In this document: positions 52,649 through 64,000 of the stretch, piece after piece
Layout: each line of letters opens with the position of its first letter
Numbering within the stretch: the stretch's first letter is position 1
NCBI RefSeq assembly: GCF_006345805.1
Contig: NC_043006.1
Coordinates: 80,910,001 to 80,974,000 of the forward strand
Length of the DNA stretch: 64,000 nucleotides
From: Octopus sinensis
Lineage: Eukaryota
Direction of reading: 5' to 3'
Notes under the pieces: generated by a model
Databases searched by the model: none
The model's input: the letters and a program-made list of their open reading frames with translations, nothing else
What the model was told of the DNA's origin: nothing
Made by a program: the position numbers and the translations under genes

Positions 52649-53286
52649 TCTCTGCTTCTCTCTCACCCTCTCTATCTAAATCTCTCTTGCTCATTCAATT
52701 TCACACATCATCAGTCTGTCTGTTTCTCTAACAGTATGTCTCTGCTTGTGATCTCAAACGAAAGATATTCTCAACTTTATCATCTAACGTTTTCCACTTA
52801 CAATCTCTTCAACGTACATATAATTAATATATCCGCCAAATAATTAATGCATTCGCCTAGCATTCTGCACTGAAGATGCACAATGTGTTGGATAAAATCA
52901 GCTTGAAGATTTCGAGAGATATAACTGAGGTGAATGTTTTTATTTACTCATTTGTCCGTATTAATTTGGAAAAGCCGACAAACATTACTCACATTTTTTA
53001 CTCAGCTACAAAAAAAAACCCAAACATGTTGGCACAAAAATACTTATACACATATCTGTGTATATATATATATATGTGCGTGTTTGTGTGTGTGTGTGTG
53101 TTTGTGTGTGTGGGTGTTTGCATATATATATATATATATATATTTATATACAAATAAATACGCATATATATATATATGCCTATATAGATAGAGGCATATA
53201 TATATAAGTATATATATGTATGTAAGTATGTATTTATACAATACACACACACACACATGCACACACATATATATGTGTGTGTGTGA

Positions 53287-53328
<42 letters not shown>

Positions 53329-53489
53329 TTATACACCATATGTCGCTATGAACCGAGCTTTGCAACCAAGAGATTTAGTGTTGAGTTCCACTGCATAGCA
53401 CCGAAGGCAAGTGGCTTCTTCTATAGCACCGGACTGGCCCATACCAAGGAAGTGAATTTTGAAGAGGGGAAAGGAAACCAATAATATAT

Positions 53490-55030
53490 TTCCTCATTCA
53501 GAGCTTCCTTGAAACTGGCAAACTTCCAAGAAAACTGAAGGAAGGTAAAATATGTCCTATTCATAAAGGAGGTAGCAGAGCGGAGGCCAAGAACTACAGA
53601 CCTATCTCTCTGACCTCATACATCAGCAAGGTCATGGAACGAATAGTCAGGAGGAAACTAATCACCTCTCTTGAAGAAAATGACTTGCTGCCTGAAACCC
53701 AACATGGTTTCCGACCAGGAAGAAGCTGCTTAACTCAGCTCCTATGACTGGGTGCTGAAACGACTGCTCAACCACTCAAATGTGGAAGTGATATATCTCG
53801 ACTTTGCAAAGGTCTTTGATAAAGTCGATCATGGAATGATATGTCACAAACTGCGTGATCTTGGCATAGTTGGAAAATTGGGAGAATGGCTTCATGACTT
53901 TCTGAAGGAAAGAAGTCAGGTGGTAGTAGTCAATGGAGCCACTTCCATTAACACGCAAATAGTGAGCGGTGATCCGCAAGGCACTGTTTTGGGACCACTA
54001 CTGTTCATAATGGCCCTCTCAGACATGCCCTCAGCCACGCAGAGAGCCACGATCAGAAGATATGCAGATGATACAAAAGTTTCACAGGCAATACAGAACC
54101 CTGATGACACTAAGCACCTGCAATGTGAGCTGGACAAAATATACAAGTGGGCTGAAAAGAATAGCATGCAGTTCAATGCTGAAAAGTTTCAAGCTTTATG
54201 CTATCAGCATGCAAAACTAAATGCAATACCCAATAGATACACTGGACCTGGAGGGATTGCAATCCCAGAGGCCCAATCAGTGCGAGACCTGGGTATTTAC
54301 ATGAGTGATGATGCAACCTTTCATGTGCATGTGCTAAATTGGCAATGAAATGTAGGCGGCTGACCGGATGGATTCTTAGAACCTTTAGAACAAGAGACCA
54401 GGAAACCATGATGGTCCTCTGGAGGACATTGGTCCTAAGCCACTTTGACTATTGCTCTCAGCTATGGTCACCATCCAGTGTCAAGTTAATCACAGAACTT
54501 GAGGCGATCCAACGAAGCTACACGAGGAAGATAGCCTCTGTACAGCATATAAGCTATTGGGAAAGACTCAAGAGATTGAGACTCTATTCCTTAGAGCGTA
54601 GGCGAGAAAGATATGCCATAAGATCATAGAAGGACTTGTCCCAAACTTTGGCATCGAGAGTTACACAAATGCCAGAACTGGGCGCCACTGCATAGTGCTA
54701 AGGACTCCAAATTTGCCATCAAGATGTAGGATAAGATACTGTGATAGCCTGAGCTTCCGAGGCCCACAGCTCTTCAATATCCTCCCGAAGAACCTAAGAG
54801 ACCTGCATGGGGTGGATGCAGATGTCTTTAAAATAAAACTGGATCTCTACTTGTCAGGTGTCCCAGATGAACCAACTTCACGACAGGAGGTGCAGATGAG
54901 GGCAGCTTCATCGAACTCTCTGATGCACCAAATGGCAATTGCTAAAAAGCATTCGTGAAGTAAAATCATGTAGCAACACCAAATGGCGGTGCTCCAGCAT
55001 GGCCACAGCTTGTGAGCTGAAACTAGATTA
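53490..55030 (+). mobile_element. CR1-group LINE, 5'-truncated RT plus 3' UTR, with stops and frameshifts
   Basis: KNYRPISLTS..KVMER; QHGFRPGRSCLTQL; VIYLDFAKVFDKVDH; PQGTVLGPLLF; YADDTK; RDLGI; LYSLERRRERY; ends in the GGCGGTGCTCCAGCATGGCC tail. Confidence 0.9.
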
Positions 55031-55079
55031 AAAAAAAAATATATATATATATGTATATAGACACACACACACACACACA

Positions 55080-55157
<78 letters not shown>

Positions 55158-55169
55158 CATATATATACT

Positions 55170-55580
55170 ACCAACTTTGCTCAAACGACCTGAACATTAG
55201 CTTCAAAGTTCATCCAAGATTGGGACCGCGGGCCATACGTCCCCTGCACAATTGAAGATCACAGCATACATGTACACTGCAACATAATTTCTTTTCCTCA
55301 ACAGGCCCTGCCCTATTTAACATTGTCCCGGAAGAGATCAAAGAGGAAAAGGATCCCATCAACTTAAAACGGAGTTTGGATAGATTCTTTCAAGGAATAG
55401 CAGATAAGCCGCCCATAATTGGATACAACTCCCCCCACAAAAACTCACTACTTGAATGGACCATAAACAAAATTTGACTTAAACAGGATTCAGATAATCC
55501 TATCAGGTGGTGCTATTAATTTAGACATGGCCTGGACCAATCTTTGGTCGAAACATATCTAAGTTTTTATCTTATCTAAG
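55170..55580 (+). mobile_element. 3' end of a second CR1-group LINE family
   Basis: GPALFNIVPEEIKEEKDPINLKRSLDRFFQGIADKP is similar to the C-terminus at 54760-54880. Confidence 0.6.
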
Positions 55581-55659
55581 TTTATATACAGAATATATTT
55601 ATATATATATATATATATGCATACATACATCAACACACACACCACACACACACACACAC

Positions 55660-55702
<43 letters not shown>

Positions 55703-56493
55703 ATATATATATATATACTAGAATAGGATGTGTGGTGAATTTATAGAAAGAAATCCCTTAAGACTCATCAATTTAGTTAAAAATAGACAAAACAAGTTGT
55801 TAATTTTTAATTCATGCAGACGATCATTTCGTACATAGATATAGAAATCATGCAAATTCATGATTGAATTAGATTAAAATAATTACATAAATTAATTAAT
55901 TATATATATCAATGTACACTTCAGTACAGAAAGTATTAAAAAAAATTTACACTGAACTTTAGAAAGGAAATAGCAGAAGAATATAATCTAGGAGATTCGC
56001 ATTTATCCTTATGAGAAAGAGATGTGAATCAAGTTAGATATTAACAGAAACTAAAAACTATAACGGTTATTTGTGAATATAAGTAAAGAGGAATCAGAGA
56101 CTTTCCCCCTATAGATGAGTAAGGAGATTAGAAATTATAACTCCAAATAAGTAGCGTAGAGCAAATAATTTTATTAGACATGTCTAATGGAAAGGGGCTA
56201 TATTTGAATTAAGATAGGACCTGACAGTCAACTCTCAGGTCATATCTCTGTAGGAAGCCATCGTCTAAAATTCTATTATAGATTTTAAGAAATTGTCTTC
56301 TCCATTTTTAGCAAAATTGAGGAGTTTTGTGGAATGTCTTCCCATAAATTCCCCACACACCATATACAACTATTACTTTGATATTCGCAAACTTATGCCT
56401 GTAAACTACCAGCAAAATATGAAGAATGAACGTCAGAAATCTTTTTGGTAAACCGGAAAATTAAAGGCGGAATCTATATTGAACCTTTTTACG

Positions 56494-56541
<48 letters not shown>

Positions 56542-56554
56542 TATATACAGTATG

Positions 56555-56915
56555 AAATAACTTGGAAGGATTTTGTGCCAAATTTTGGCATTGAAATCTA
56601 CACAAATGCCAGAACGGATCGACACTGCACAGTGCGAAAGATCCCCGTAATGCTACCGCACTTTAGGACTACTACAATAGTCTGGGTTTCAGAGCCTAAG
56701 GGATCAACGAAAAGTGGATGTAGGTGTTTTCATATAAAAACTAGATCTCTTCCTGTCAAGATGACCCTATCTTGCGGCAAGAGGTGCAGATGGGGATTGT
56801 GACATCAAACTCCCTTATTCACCTAATGCCACATAATAGAAGAGGCTCTCAATAAGAGTGTAGCAAAACGGCGGTGCTCCAGCATGGCCACAACTCTGAG
56901 GTGAAATTAGAAAAT
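56555..56915 (+). mobile_element. 3' fragment of the same CR1 family as 53490-55030
   Basis: CCAAATTTTGGCATTGA..TACACAAATGCCAGAAC matches 54640-54680 and carries the same tail. Confidence 0.8.
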
Positions 56916-57186
56916 AGAATATATATATACACACAGTATGTATGTATGTTTGTATATATATATATATATATATATATTATTATATGTAGAAAAATACAAA
57001 CTGGGACAAGAACGTAAAACATTTAGAAGACGATACAAAAAACACGGACGGGATATTCGAAGCCTTCAATCTTCAGTCAAGAACCGGATCATCCTCGCAA
57101 TTTCGGCTGATTAATCTTGAGATCGCTCCGATCCGGCCAGCCCCAAGGAAAAACTAAGCTATACATACACAATATATATACATACA

Positions 57187-57226
<40 letters not shown>

Positions 57227-57933
57227 TGTGTATATATGTATACATACATACAGTATATATATATATATATACCTGGTAGAAATAGCAGCGAAATCTCCTT
57301 CTTAATCCGAGTATTCTGCCTATTATGTAGTTCGAATGAGAAACTGTAACTAAAGATTAAAATCATTAACCCCACAAAGAGGTTAAAGAAGAGACAGCAT
57401 AGCGAAAGTTTTGGCTGACTATCATCCTGTACTCCCCTCGTTGATAGCGAAATGGTATATGCCGGCTGTGTAAGCAACTGGTTGTTTTAATGGCGGAACA
57501 AAGAGGGAAATTTCATTAGAAAAAGTTGTAATCCATTTTCTCCGTAACTATGGTGCTAGGAAGAAATACAAAGCCCATTCCAGTATATGCACTTGTCTCC
57601 ACATGTCTGCCAGTTTTCACGCGAACCCACTTAATATATATGTACCGAATCAGGTATTTCTGTATGTATACACGATTTAGGTAAGATACTTCATTACAAC
57701 GGCGATGGAACACCGTGTCCTCTTCACGAGCACACAGAATTTAAATTAGAAAAATCTGAAAATGTGACAGTATGTCGCTCACTGTGTATATATATTTCAT
57801 GTTTAACAGACGGATCTCTTTTTCTACACACGCACACATACACACGCTCGCACACACACATACACATGCACACACACGCTCGCACACTCTCGCACACGTG
57901 TACTCACATGCATACGTACACGCACACACACAC

Positions 57934-57966
<33 letters not shown>

Positions 57967-58223
57967 CTCTTATTGTATGTGCGAAACGACACAATCTACT
58001 CCAGTCTCTTAGACTGCATAACCTCTCTATTTTTCGCATATTGTATAATTATATTCTGACACTATTATTAGATTATCATATCTTATTATCACTGGAAAAT
58101 ATCAGCCTCTATTATTTTCTGATATTATTTGTTATAATCACGTATTATATTTATATTAACACTTCATTTTTCATTAGTATTACGTATTTCATATTATCAT
58201 CATATTTTATATTACATATATAA

Positions 58224-58622
58224 GGCGGCCAGTTGGCAGAAACGTTAGCACGCCGGGCGAAATGCTAAGCGATGTTTCGTCTGTCGCTACGTTCTGAGTT
58301 AAAATTCCGTCGAGGTCGGCTTTGCCTTTCATCCTTCGGGGTCGATTAAATAAGTACCAGTTACGCACTGGGGTCGATATAATCGACTTAATCCGTTTGT
58401 CTCTCCTTGTTTGTCCTCTCTGTGTTCAACCCTCATGTGGGTAGTAAAAGAAATAGGTATTTCATCTGTCTTTAAGTTGTGAGTTCAAATTTCGCCGTAG
58501 CCGACTTCGCCTTTCATTCTTTCGAGGTCGATAAATTAAGTACCAGTTGCGTACTGAGGTCAATCTAATCGACTGGCCCCGTCCCCCAAAATTTCGGGTC
58601 TTGTGCCCAGAGTAGAAAGGAA
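58224..58622 (+). mobile_element. SINE family C (compound/dimeric)
   Basis: GGCAGAAACGTTAGCACGCCGGGCGAAATGCT...GAGTT.AAATT...GAGGTCG.CTTTGCCTTTCATCCTT; the core occurs twice. Confidence 0.8.
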
Positions 58623-58734
58623 TATATTAATTCTATGTTCTCATATATTTACCCCATAATGCTGCTTCTTCACAATACTATATAATAGAATTAATACAGA
58701 GATTTACATTGGTAATTTTTATAATGACTATAAT

Positions 58735-58950
58735 AGTGGTTTCAAATTTTGGCACAAAGTCAGGAATTTTTGGCGGGAGTGTGCAAGTCTATTACATCAT
58801 CCTCATTGTTCAACCGGTACTTAATTTATTGAATCCCGAAAGGATGAAAAGCAAAGTCGACCTCGGGGGAATTTGAACCTGGAATGTGCAGACAGACGAA
58901 ATGCCGCTAAGCATTTTGCACGGCGTGTTAACAATTCTGCCAGCTCACCG
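58735..58950 (-). mobile_element. SINE family C
   Basis: CCCGAAAGGATGAAAAGCAAAGTCGACCTCGG.GGAATTTGAAC. Confidence 0.8.
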
Positions 58951-59949
58951 CATTTTTATAATGACGATAATATTACATTCTTTTCTGGGGGCGACGGTCT
59001 GTTGAGAACATTGAGTGTTGTACTTCTAACGACTATATCATAATAATGCTTCTCAACTAAATAAAATATATTGGTATTGTAATTTTTTACGGTTCTGTCT
59101 AGTGAACATTTCTACTTTTGTTATATTATGTTCGATATTATGATATATAACATATATTTTACCATTTCTTCATGATCATTTCATCCACTCTTCTTACTGA
59201 AATATATCAACATTATCAGACTTTGATATAAACGAAAGATATATCATGAACATTTCATCCACTTATACAGTAGCAACTCGATAAAGTGATCGCTTGTTGC
59301 CAACTTAATGTGGCATTCCCAGAAAAAGGTAAGAATGCTACTGCTATTTAGCTCTAAGAAACACCGTTTCCAGTTGGCTATGTAACACAAGCGTTCTCTG
59401 TTCTTACGTTTTCAAACTAGACTAATTTCAGAATCATTGCTCTTCATCAATCAGACGTGGTTTGGGTTGCTAGCAAAATTCTTTATTACAGGCACAAGGC
59501 TTAATTACAGAGGGGACATACACAGATATACAGAAACATAAAACATATGAAAGATGAATGTGAAATAAATATATTCAACGTAAATGACCCGACCACATCG
59601 CTTCCGCTGCGCGATGAAACCGTGTATTTCTTTACCATTAACTTTTACACAATCTTTAGCCTCGCTCCGAGGCGAAACCGCGACTTCACTCTTCGCTTTT
59701 ACCCTACTATAATAAACCTTTTAAATCAATATTCATACAGTCCTTACTTATTTCGTTTCCTTTTTTAAAACTAAAGAAGACCCAAATGTTTATCACAGTG
59801 TTAAAAAAAAAACTTTAGGAAACCTATTCATTAAACAGTTTCAAAATTTACATTCTTTTTTCCTTTTTTCCTAAACAGTTCAAACAATCATTTCTCTCAG
59901 TTACAGTCCTTATAAAATTAAAATAACTTATCACTTCTATCTATCACAC

Positions 59950-61290
59950 TGTCTTTCAATTTTGCACTCCTTCCAAGTTGGGGCGTCCTATCTCACTGTA
60001 ATTTTTCTTTTCGCTTGTGCTTTTAATGTTGTCTCTTCTTGTTTCTATTTTCTTGCTGTTTTATGGGTTCTTGTATTTCTGTCTCTAAGTCTGTGTGTTC
60101 TTGTATTTGTTTGTCTGTGTGTTCTTGTATTTGTTTGTCTGTGTGTTCGTTTGACTGCAACTCTACGCGTTTCCTCTGTGTGTCTATGTCTTTAGGTTTC
60201 CGTAATTCTGGGTTGTCTTTCTGGCCTGCATGACTTTGTCATTTAATTCCTTTGATGGTACTTCCACTCATAAATTTTCTCCGTTTCTCGTCGTGGGTTG
60301 AGTTTCTTCTTCCATTCCTTTGCACTTCTTCACTTCCACTGTCGTCGGTGACTTTCTTCTCTCTCTTTTCCCGAGTTTTACCTCCGCCAAATTCCTGTCA
60401 TATTCTGTTCTCTGCTTCTGCTTTTTTCCCACCACTATATCTTCCTGAACACTCTCTTCCACCATTTCTACTGCTGCTCTAGGGCATTTCCTTCTCAGGT
60501 GCCCTCTTTCACCGCATCCGTAACATTTTGGGGGTCTCCCCTCCAACATTATTTCCAGTTTTTCAGTTTCCGCCATTTCCTCGTAACATTTTGAGCTCCC
60601 CGCGCAAATTACTTCAATATCATATTCCCCTCAATTCAATTGTTGAGTTCTGCTTACTATGCAAATGTTCAGGTTTTCACTTCCCTTCACCAGCTCAGAA
60701 TTAAAAGTTGCGATTATTACCCATTCTGGGTCTATCGACGGTGGGATTCTTCCCACCCTGGCCCAGACGATTCTTTTGCCCAAACAGTTCGGCACCAACA
60801 TCCATTTCTTTCTCATTACCAGTTCAGCTGTCGTTCAATTTCTCCTCCTCTTCTGTTCAATGGTGACTATTATAGTCGCGTATTTCCTTCCTCTTGTAAA
60901 GAAAGTTATTCCTTCACCCATTCGTTCCTTCAATATTTCCTCTATCTCTTTCTGCGGCGCGTGCTCTATTCTATTTTCATTCGAAAATATTCTGAATATC
61001 ACCGTCCTACTTTCCATTTTTCTTTTTCCTCCTCTGGCAGGGTAATTTTTATGTTTGACCCTTCTTTTATATCATGCCATAATATTTTGCTATCTTTTCT
61101 TCATTCCACTTCATCCTCTTCGGCTTCAGCACACACGGGTCTATGGTATCTCGACCTCCAGTAGCTTCTGCGTAAGTCTTCATTTCTTCTATTATACACT
61201 TCCACCCAACGATGGTGGCTTCGCACAAAATCTCACTTCGAATTCTTCAAAAAGCAACAAAAAGCTTGGCCTGCTATCTGTCGATGCTTA
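59950..61290 (-). mobile_element. Degenerate ORF1/gag-like element (L1/Tx1-type ORF1 with a CCHC zinc knuckle)
   Basis: MKTYAEA...; VPNCLGKRIVWARVGRIPPSIDPEW; LEIMLEGRPPKCYGCGERGHLRRKCP (CX2CX4HX4C). Confidence 0.7.
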
Positions 61291-61361
61291 ATCACCTTTG
61301 AAAACTTACAGAATTTCAAGTGAAATAAATTCACTGATTCAATTGCATCTTTAAGTTGTTC

Positions 61362-61626
61362 AATAGATCGAACAACTTAAAGATGCAATTCGTCAAGAAA
61401 TTACTGCCATTCCACATGAAATGACCCGCCGAGTTATTGACAACTTTTGTGAACGCCTTCGACAGTGTGTGGACAATAATGGATCCCATTTGACTGATTT
61501 AATTTTTAAAACATAATGAAACAAAATGGCATTATATGTACTTTTCAAAAATAAAAACACTTTTTTTTTCTTTACTTCATTTGCCTTTTATTTAACCTAC
61601 AATGTGTCAGATCATTTTGCCTGACC

Positions 61627-61632
<6 letters not shown>
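61362..61632 (+). mobile_element. Tc1/mariner transposase C-terminus and right end
   Basis: IEQLKDAIRQEITAIPHEMTRRVIDNFCERLRQCVDNNGSHL*, then a terminal ATTTTGCCTGACC(C)TG-TA. Confidence 0.75.
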
Positions 61633-61676
<44 letters not shown>

Positions 61677-61714
61677 CATACACATATGTTTGTGTATATA
61701 CATTTTGCCTGACC

Positions 61715-61771
<57 letters not shown>

Positions 61772-61827
61772 CATACACATATGTTTGTGTGTATATACAT
61801 GTACAACACACATACACAAACACACCA

Positions 61828-61871
<44 letters not shown>

Positions 61872-62591
61872 ATATTATATATATATAATAGAGAGAGAGA
61901 GAGAGAGAGGGGAGAGAGAGGGGAGCGAGAGCATTAAGAAAATGGAGGGAATCAATAGGTGCTTCATCAACTTTTAGACATATTATGTCAATTTATTTAT
62001 TTATTTACTAAAATGACAATTACAAGAATATACATAGATGTATAACATATTATGCTTTATATTTACATTCATGCACACCAACACAGACACCCCTATGAAC
62101 TTATCTATATATATATTTTACAAATTCAACGTAAGAGTCTTCAAAACAACGCTAATTTTTTTTATATCTGCGAGCGTCCTTACAGAGAAAAATAGAAGGC
62201 AAGATATGACCAAGTTAAGACATGTGTCATATAGAGAATTGACAAGACGATTATGCCATTTTAGTGGTTATTCATTCACATAAAATAAATACGTTTTCAT
62301 ATGGAGAAACATAAAGTCACATAATATTTACGAGATTCTTGGATAACAACTAAAAATTTTGTGTTTATATTGTGCGTCAAGAGTAATCTGCAAGGCGGAA
62401 CATATAGTTCGTGAAAATAGTATTATGTGTGTAATTAGCAGATATGAATAAAAAGTGAACTGCTATGACGCACATGGGAATAGAACCTACAGTAGAGATA
62501 AGCTTGCCAGAAAATTATTACTTTTCTCCTCTTTGCTTGGTACATGATATTCTTTTGATAGGTATATTATAAAAATTTATGAGCATTGGTG

Positions 62592-62651
<60 letters not shown>

Positions 62652-62700
62652 TTATATGTACGTATATATATATATATATACGTATACATATGTATGCATA

Positions 62701-62731
<31 letters not shown>

Positions 62732-62807
62732 GTATATATTTATATGTACGTATATATATATATATGTACGTATACACATGTATGCATATATATGTATATA
62801 TACACAC

Positions 62808-62839
<32 letters not shown>

Positions 62840-62879
62840 ATATACATACTTATCAAAATATATATATATATATATTCTT

Positions 62880-63780
62880 CAGTAGAAGAAGACTTTCGAC
62901 ACAGCGGAAGTGCGTTTTGCCACCATAGAGGAAGCAATAACGCACTCCACGACACCATTGAGGATGGAAGAATTGTTGCTCCTTCCAGCCTATCTCGGCA
63001 AGCGTGTTGTGAGTGTCAGGAATGGCAGGGTACCCCCTGAGATAGCTGAATGTGGCTCACAGATGCAATATTGACGGATACGAAGGAAAACCCAACAATA
63101 TTGCGTGTTACAAGGACAAAGCAAATGATATCGAAGAAATATGTGAAGAAATCGAGCTGACCGAAGGTATAAAGCTATGATTGGTGGTAGAGGGAAGACC
63201 TCCCACCTGCTATCACAGTAGGACTAGAGAACATATGAAAGCAAATTGTCCCCAAATCAAGAACCAAATGCCTGAGGAGGAAAACCAGGATGAGAAAACA
63301 CAGAAATGACATATACAGATGAAGAATACAAGGAAGTTCCAAGCAGAAAGAGGAAGGAAGCAAACCATTCACCTCCTTGAAAGACCCCCCCCCCCAAAAA
63401 AAAAAAAAAAAACAGAAAGCTGATATTAAACAACACACAGAACAAAACACACAGAAAAAGCAGACAGGAAACACACCCATCTCACCAATTTAGACGCCGC
63501 AGAAACAAAATCCATCACCGCAAACAACCCAGCTTTTCCCTATAGGTTTACAGACACACAAACAGACACACTTAAGCAACATACATCTGTTGCCGAGCAT
63601 AGTAATAAGACATATTTGATGATCTACACAAAGAGCTCGGCCATTGAGAAGTTAAATAAAATAAAAATAGTAATAAAAGTGAATATGCCAGAAAAGGATT
63701 TCCTAGAAGACATGAAATGTGCTGTTATTGACACAGAAAACTATAAGCAATTAAAAGAAAACTTTTGGTAAAACATCGAC
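62880..63780 (+). mobile_element. Second degenerate ORF1/gag-like element of the same family
   Basis: [25 protein letters not shown] and LVVEGRPPTCYH...EHMKANCP are homologous to the 59950-61290 copy. Confidence 0.65.
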
Positions 63781-63839
63781 TCATTAGGACAGAAGGTGAG
63801 ATATGACACTCTACCCTCCGGTGATGGAATATGAGGACG

Positions 63840-64000
63840 TGATGACAGACGAAATCCCTATTTATTTACTACCCACAAGGGGCTAAGCACAGAGGGGACA
63901 AACAAGAACAGACAAACGGATTAAGTTGATTATATCGACCCCAGTGCGTAACTGGTACTTATTTAATCGACCCCGAAAGGATGAAAGGCAAAGTCGACCT
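63840..64000 (-). mobile_element. SINE family C, runs off the window end
   Basis: Matches 29390-29560 in the same orientation. Confidence 0.8.

Noticed and set aside
57045-57085. Hammerhead-like CTGAAGA...GAA on the minus strand
   Set aside because: No convincing stem II or stem I, and the GAAA is incomplete. The surrounding 56985-57160 is probably another short repeat.
59270-59328. AG...AAG|GTAAGA bounded mini-exon
   Set aside because: Stops in all three frames; a non-coding exon cannot be supported from sequence alone.
59660-59700. GCCTCG-CTC-CGAGGC-GAAA stem as a hammerhead
   Set aside because: There is no CTGANGA box upstream.

Overview
This is AT-rich, microsatellite-saturated eukaryotic DNA. 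Its repeat families (tRNA-derived SINEs, Penelope, R4/Dong, CR1) look like an Octopus/coleoid cephalopod genome, which is an inference and not a database match. I can support no host protein-coding gene; most ORFs in the supplied track are (TA)n/(CA)n/(ATT)n/(CAT)n artefacts. Decayed mobile elements: a Penelope-like element with a ~1.1 kb inverted duplication (8.8-12.3 kb), a near full-length R4/Dong-type retrotransposon in (TAA)n (33.1-37.2 kb), CR1-type LINE 3' parts, a Ty3/Gypsy LTR-gag-protease fragment, two ORF1/gag-like zinc-knuckle elements, Tc1/mariner and probable Chapaev3 fragments, Helitron/HINE-like elements, MITE hairpins and many SINEs. The main unexplained signal is about 13 minimal type I hammerhead-ribozyme motifs in several distinct short repeat families. 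They include a TSD-flanked, circularly permuted ~357-nt hammerhead element at 42.2-42.95 kb and a ~930-bp tandem duplication with one hammerhead per unit at 23.1-24.9 kb. The window also has an unusual number of long inverted repeats. All alignments and folds were done by eye.
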